A stretch of 64,000 bases of DNA from the human T2T-CHM13v2.0 reference genome, Homo sapiens. Under the pieces are notes generated by a model. It did no database searches and had not been told where the DNA came from. It saw only the letters and a program-made list of their open reading frames with translations. This document shows, in pieces, positions 54,167 to 64,000 of this stretch; the first letter of the stretch is position 1, and each line of letters opens with the position of its first letter. The position numbers and the translations under genes are program-made. The stretch is from the NCBI RefSeq assembly GCF_009914755.1, contig NC_060943.1; one strand, given 5' to 3'.

Positions 54167-54850
54167 GAATATTGAATATTGGCTCCTACTCTCTTCTGTC
54201 TTTTAGTGTTTCTACAGAGTGTTCTGCTGTTAGTCTGACAGACTTCCCTTTGTAGGTAACCTGGCCTTTCTCTCTGGCTGCCCTTAACATTTTTTCCTTC
54301 ATTTCAACCTTGGAGAATCTGATGATTTTGTGTCTTGGGGTTGCTCTTCTCGAGGAGTGTCTTAGTGGTGTTCTTTTTATTTCCTGAATTTGAACGTTGG
54401 CTTGTCTTTCTAGGTTGGGGAACTTCTGGATAATATCCACATCACTTTCAGGTACACCAATCAATCATAGGTTTGGTTTTTTCACATACTCCCATCTTTC
54501 TTGGAGGCTTTGTTCATTCCTTTTTGTTATTTCTTCTCTAATGTTGTCTTCACGACTTATTCTATTGAGTTAATCTCCAGTCTCATATCCTTTCTTTCGC
54601 GTGATTGATTTGGCTATTGATACTTGTGTATGCTTCGCAGAGTTCTCATGCTGTGTTTTTCAGCTCCATCAGGTCATTTATGTTCCTGTCTAAACTGATT
54701 ATTCTAGTTAGCAATTCCTCTAACCTTTTGTCAAGGTTCTTAGCTTCCTTGCATTGAGTTAGACCATGCTCCTTTAGCTCAGAGGAGTTTGTTATTACCC
54801 ACCTTTTGAAGCCTACTTCTGTCAATTCGTCAATCTCATTCTCCGTCCAG

Positions 54851-55158
54851 TTTTTGTTTGTTTGTTTTTTTGAGACAGAGTCTCGCTCTGTCGCCCAGGC
54901 TGGATTGCAGTGGTGCAGTCTTGGCTTACTGCATCCTCTGCCACCTGGGTTCAAGCAATTCTCCTGCCTCAGCCTCCCAATTAACTGGGATTACAGGCAC
55001 CTGCCACCATACCCAGCTAATTTTTGTATTTTAGTAGAGACAGGGTTTTACCATCTTGGTCAGGCTGGTCTTGAACTCCTGACCTCAAGTGATCCACCTG
55101 CCTCAGCCTTGGCCGCCCAAAGTTCTGGGATTACAGGCTTAAGCCACTGCACCCAGCC
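54851..55158 (-). mobile_element. Alu
   Basis: CTCC(G/A)TCCAGTTTT on both sides. Confidence 0.9.
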
Positions 55159-56960
55159 TGCTCCATCCAGTTTTGTGCCCTTGCTGGAGAGGGGTTGTGA
55201 TCATTTGAAGGAGAAGAGGCATTCTCATTTTTTGAATTTTCAGTGTTTTTGCACTGGTTTTTACTCATCTTCATGGACTTATCTACCTTTGATCTTTGAG
55301 GCTGATGACATTGGATGGGGTTTTTGTGTGGTGGTCCTTTATGTTGATGTTGATGTTGTTGCTGTTTGTTAGTTTTTCTTCTAACAGGCCTCTCTTCCGC
55401 AGGTCTGTTGCAGCTTGCTAGAGGTCCACTCCAGACCCTGTTCACCTGGGAATCACAAATAGAGGCTGTAGAATGGCAAAAATTGCTTCCTGCTCCTTCC
55501 TCTGGAAGCTTCATCACAGAGGGGCACCAGCCTGATGCCAACCGGAGCTCTCCTGTATGAGGTTTCTATCGACCCCTGTTGGGAAGTCTCTCCCAGTCAG
55601 GAGGCACAGGGGTCAGGGACCAACTTGAGGAGGCAGTCTGTCCCTTAGCAGAGCTGACGTGCTGTGCTGGGAGAATCCCTCTTGTCAGGGTCACCTGCTC
55701 TCTTCAGAGCCAGCAGTCAGGAAGGATTAAATCTATGGAAGCTGTGCCCACAGCAACCCCTTCCCCCAGGTGCTCTGTCCCAGGGAGATGGGGATTTTGT
55801 CTGTAAGCCCCTGACTGGGGCTGTCTCCTTCCCATCCGAGATGCCCTGCCCAGCGAGGAGGAATCTAGAGAAGCAGTCTGGCCATATTTTGGCAGCCCAC
55901 AAATCCTCCCAGCCTCCTTAGCACTAGAAAACTGCCTACTAAAGCCTCAGTAATGGGGGATGCCCCTCCCCCCACCAAGCTCGATCATCCCAACTCAACT
56001 TCAGACTGCTGTGCTGTCAGTGAGAATTTCAAGCCAGTGGTTCTTAGCTTGCTGAGCTTCATGGGATTGGGACCTGCTGAGCGAGACCACGTGGCTCCCT
56101 GGCTTCAGCCCCTTTCTAGGGGAGTAAAGGGTTCTGTCTTGCTGGGGTTCCAGATGCCACTGTGGTACAAAACAAACAAACAACAACAACAAAGCAAAAC
56201 TCCTGCAGCTAGCTTGGTGTCTGCCCAAATAGCCACCCAGTTTTGTGCTTGAAACCCAGGGCTGTGCTGGTGTAGGCACACCAGGGAATCCCCTGATCTG
56301 CAGATTGCAAAAATCATGGGAAAAGGATAGTAACCTGGCCGGGTAGCACAGTTCCTCACGGCTTCCCTTGGCTGGGGGAGGGAGGTCCCCCAGCTCCTTG
56401 CACTTCGTGGGTGAAGCGATGCCCCACCCTGCTTCTGCTCGCCCTCCATGGGTTGTACCCACTGCCTAACCAGTCCCAGTTGGATGAACTGGGTACCTTA
56501 GTTGGAAATGCAGAAATCACCTGTCTTCTGCATGGGTCTCGCTGGGAGCTGCAGACTGGAAATGTTTATTTGGCCCTCTTGACCCTGTCCCCCAAATCAT
56601 CTTTTATTTTTATTTCATCCAAATAGCTGCTATCTTTTTTTTGTACATCTTTGCCTAAATTATAATAAGAACAACGATCTAAATTTGCATAGCAAGTGGA
56701 CCCTATATTTGGAATTTAAAGAGTTTCTGGCAAAATTTAGATTAAATTGGCTAATTAATAACACTTTTCAAATTGCTTTCCCCTGCTCCAATAATGAAGT
56801 ATAACTTCTAGAAACAGCTGAAAAATGAATTGTTCTTCGGGTTATATGCTCTTAATGTTACATTGAAACAGAGTATGAAGGCTTGAAAATATCCGAAGGG
56901 AGAAAATGGAATCAGCAGTGATCCTGCTGTGACCTCACTACTTAGTAGTTATGCTTTTAG

Positions 56961-57777
<817 letters not shown>

Positions 57778-58409
57778 TTAACATCATAATACTATTGAAT
57801 TCAAAAAGAAATCTAGAAACTTCAGGGAATCCAGAGAAGATAGAGCAGATGGTCTGAATAGTCACCATTCACATTTTGCTTTGTTTTGGTAACTATTACT
57901 ATCACTTAATTACATAGGGTGAATATAAGAAAATTGCCTTTTTCTTATTTTCAGTGCTAACCCTAAAATGGTAAAACTCTTGCAGGTTGAAATTAACAGC
58001 TTCTCAGTGGCCCTTCAACAGAAGGTTAAAGGGTAGCGAAGTTGCCTCTGTAATTTCCAGGGTGAACAAATCTGAACTCAGTTCTTGCAGTTCCCAAATT
58101 CACAGCTATCTTGGGATATGTTGATTTGTGGGCTGCAAAATATGAGAAATTCTACCTCAGAGAATTCTGTTTATAAAAACTTATTCGCATCTAATAATCT
58201 GAAGAGATATAAACACAGCAATGTTGTTACAACTACCTGTTAATTGTTAATCCTTGGAAAAAGAATTGACAATTATTTCTGAAGACATGAAAAGCTTCAT
58301 ATAATAAACAATAGACTCTCAAATGTAAATCAGTTTTTATTTTTAATTTGGAGAAGTTAATAATAATAAATTGCCAGCAATAAAAAATAAATCATTCATC
58401 ACCGTTACC

Positions 58410-58858
58410 GTGTTACTAATGGCTGGTCCATATAGGTTTGCAGTGATTTTGGTTCTTCCATTCTCAAAAGAAATAATCCAGCCCAGAGACGAAGAGTGGG
58501 TTTGAAGCATAAGTGGGGGGTTGTTGAAAGGAAATAAAGTACCCTTGGGAAAGAACCAAGGGTGTGACTTGAGAGATCAAGTGCCAGAGAAAGGTCATAT
58601 ACCAGTTAAACTCCAATATTTGGCCTCTCAGTGTGCATGCTTGGGTGTCTTGCCCAATATTTGAGATTTTATGAAACAGCTGCTGCCCCTGAGCTCAGGA
58701 TGTGTTCTGTGTTTAGGAGGTTTCCCCCTCCCTGGTACCAGCTGAGACCATTTGTCAATCCTGAGCTGACCATCTGATAATCACCTGACATTCCTGGGGC
58801 ACATTCCCAGGGTCTCTACCTTACCCCACTCATTACTATCTGACTACCTGCTCTAACT
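58410..58858 (-). mobile_element. Probable ERV1-type LTR remnant
   Basis: TGTTAC start and CTGACTACCTGCTCTAAC end resemble MER4-group LTRs. Confidence 0.4.
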
Positions 58859-58875
58859 GGGTGATCAAGAATATT

Positions 58876-59193
58876 CTTTTTTCTTTTTTTCTTTTTTTAA
58901 GATGCAGTTTCACTTTTGTTGCCTAGGCCAGAGCGCAATGGTGCGATCTCAGCTCATCACAACCTCCGCCTCCCCAGTCCAAGTGATTCTCCTGCCTCAG
59001 CCTCCCAAGTAGTGGGATTACAGGCATGCATCACCACACCTGGCTATATTTTTGTATTTTTAGTAGAGAAGGGGTTTCTCCATGTTGGTCAGGCTGGTCT
59101 TGAACTCCCGACTTTAGGTGATTTGCCCCAGGTGATTCGACTGCCTTGGCCTCCCAAAGTGCTGGGATACAGGCATAAGCCACTGCACCTACC
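58876..59193 (-). mobile_element. Alu
   Basis: Antisense Alu. Confidence 0.9.
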
Positions 59194-59492
59194 CTAGATA
59201 TTCTACTGGCCTTGGAGCTTTCGGTGTCTAAAACTTTTACCAATCAATATATGCAGTCCATCAACTTTCTTAACTTTTATTGTTAGTATGAACTTGATTT
59301 TTTTTGTTGATACACTAGTTAAGATTTTATTTTATACTTAAAAATTTATTTATTAGTGGTTTAGACAACTCCTCTTTCTGACAACTCCATCTAACTTCTA
59401 AGTATAAGGCTTCCTGAGGATATTGTAAGTTTGGCTTTGAATATTCCACACTGAGAAATTTTGAAAGCATTCTAATTAAAAGAATTAAATTC

Positions 59493-60034
59493 AGGCTGGG
59501 CATGGTGGTTCACACCTGTAATCCTAGCAATTTGGAAGGCTGAGGCGGGTGGATCACTTGAGGCCAGGAGTGCAAGACCAGGCTGGCCAACATGATGAAA
59601 CCCCATCTCTACTAAAAATACAAAAATTAGCCAGGCATGGTGGTGCATGCCTGTAATCCCAGCTACTCAGGGGGCTGAGGAGAATCACTTGAACCCAGGA
59701 AGCAGAGGTTGCAGTGAGCCGAGATCATGCCACTGGACTCCAGCCTGGGTGACAGAGTGAGACTCCATCTCAAAAAAAAAAAAAAAAGAATTTAATTCAA
59801 TCTCAGCTCCCTGCAGCCTCTGCCTCCTGTGTTCCAGCGATTATCCTGCCTCAGTCTCCCAAGTAGTTGGGATTACAGGTGCTGGCAATCACACCTGGCT
59901 AATTTTTGTATTTTTAGTAGAGACGGAGTTTTACCATGTTGGCCAGGCTTGTCTCAAACTCCTGACCTCAGGTGACCCGCCCACCTCTGCCTCCAAAGTG
60001 CTGGGATTACAGGCATAAGCCACCATGCCCTGCC
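59493..60034. mobile_element. Tail-to-tail Alu pair (sense 59493-59787, antisense partial 59800-60034)
   Basis: Two opposed Alu bodies about 12 bp apart. Confidence 0.9.
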
Positions 60035-60099
60035 AGGGAGTTCTTATCTTGATAAAGGATTACATGAGCCCTCTAAAAGATGTTTGTTTAAACATTATA

Positions 60100-60522
60100 G
60101 GTGGTGGCAGCAGTAGTGGGCAAAGGTGTAGTGTGCAGCACTTGATTATTTTACTGCTGTTTCTGCTGAGCCTGTGGCAGCCCAGCCCTGTGTGCAGCTC
60201 TCTCCCTGCCCCATGATGCCACCACATTCCACCTGCTGGCATGGAGACATGCACCTGAGGTGGACCCTAGGAGCCCGGCCTAAGATGGGCTCCTACTGCT
60301 GCTGCTTGGGCTGCTGGCCTCAGGACTGCAGGAAACTTGGGGGACACCAGGGCACTGAGAACAGCCACACTGGCATAATCAACACCTTCTTCTGGAACAT
60401 CCATTGTCCCCTCCTGTTGTGAGGAGACAATGTCTACTGCTCAGAAGCTCTTGACCCAGCTGACTGAAAAGTTCATGTTTAGCGAATATATTTCTACAGA
60501 CATTGTGGAGAGTGTGGTCAGA
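60100..60522 (+). pseudogene. BRI3BP-like processed pseudogene, 5' fragment
   Basis: From ATG 60241 with frameshifts: LLLLLLGLLASG, GTENSHTGIINTF, DNV..AQKLLTQLTEKF, TLWRVWS, versus recalled BRI3BP LLLLLGLLAPG..GAEKNSYRRTVNTF..EDNVRAAQKFLARLTERF..TLWKVWT. Confidence 0.75.
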
Positions 60523-63650
<3,128 letters not shown>

Positions 63651-64000
63651 AAAAACTCCATTAGTGGGGGAGAGTCTAATGTAGGCAGAAGAACTGGTTT
63701 GTGCTATTTCTGGGTCCATGTAGACTGATGAGGTTATGAACAGGTGGCCCAGAACCCTAGGTGGAGAAAACAGGTTTCTGCTGCAGATTCAGTGTCTGGG
63801 TGTGGGGATATGCCAGACTTATAGACACTTTTGTGGGTTTTTGGCAAGAAACACTAGAATGAAAAATGCCATGGTGAAGTTCCTGATGGTGGTGTCTAGT
63901 CCGGGGAGGGGTGTGGACATGTCAATGTCTAGTGGGTATGTTTATGAGTGGGTGGGAATACTGTGGTGGCAGCTGTGGGAAAAGGGGGACTGTCATCAGA

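Overview
Primate (almost certainly human) euchromatic DNA from a ZNF91-type KRAB zinc-finger cluster. It holds one complete four-exon KRAB-C2H2 gene on the + strand. Exon 1 supplies only the ATG (6338-6340); KRAB-A is 30224-30350, KRAB-B is 31155-31250 and the finger exon runs 36826-38624. The joined CDS is 2025 nt = 674 aa, which I recognise from memory as ZNF429 (19p12). The rest is retroelement-derived or unique intron/intergenic DNA: about 55 Alus, two SVAs with intact target-site duplications (TSDs), a near full-length but dead L1PA, older L1s, several ERV LTRs, two MADE1 MITEs, and decayed BNIP3 and BRI3BP retrocopies. Almost all other ORFs in the track are Alu/SVA/L1/microsatellite artefacts. 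I see no evidence for a wholly new biological system. The most unusual items are: (i) two Alus inserted successively at the same base of the last zinc finger, one supplying the C-terminus and stop codon, with inverted Alu partners nearby; (ii) an L1PB 'shell' with a 3' transduction whose interior is replaced by a copy of a nearby 360-bp segment; (iii) an inverted ancient paralog of the gene's own intron 1 at the window end; (iv) two near-identical, same-orientation SVAs bracketing all coding exons except the ATG. Repeat family names are from recalled consensus sequences, not a database search; repeat boundaries are approximate unless a TSD is quoted.
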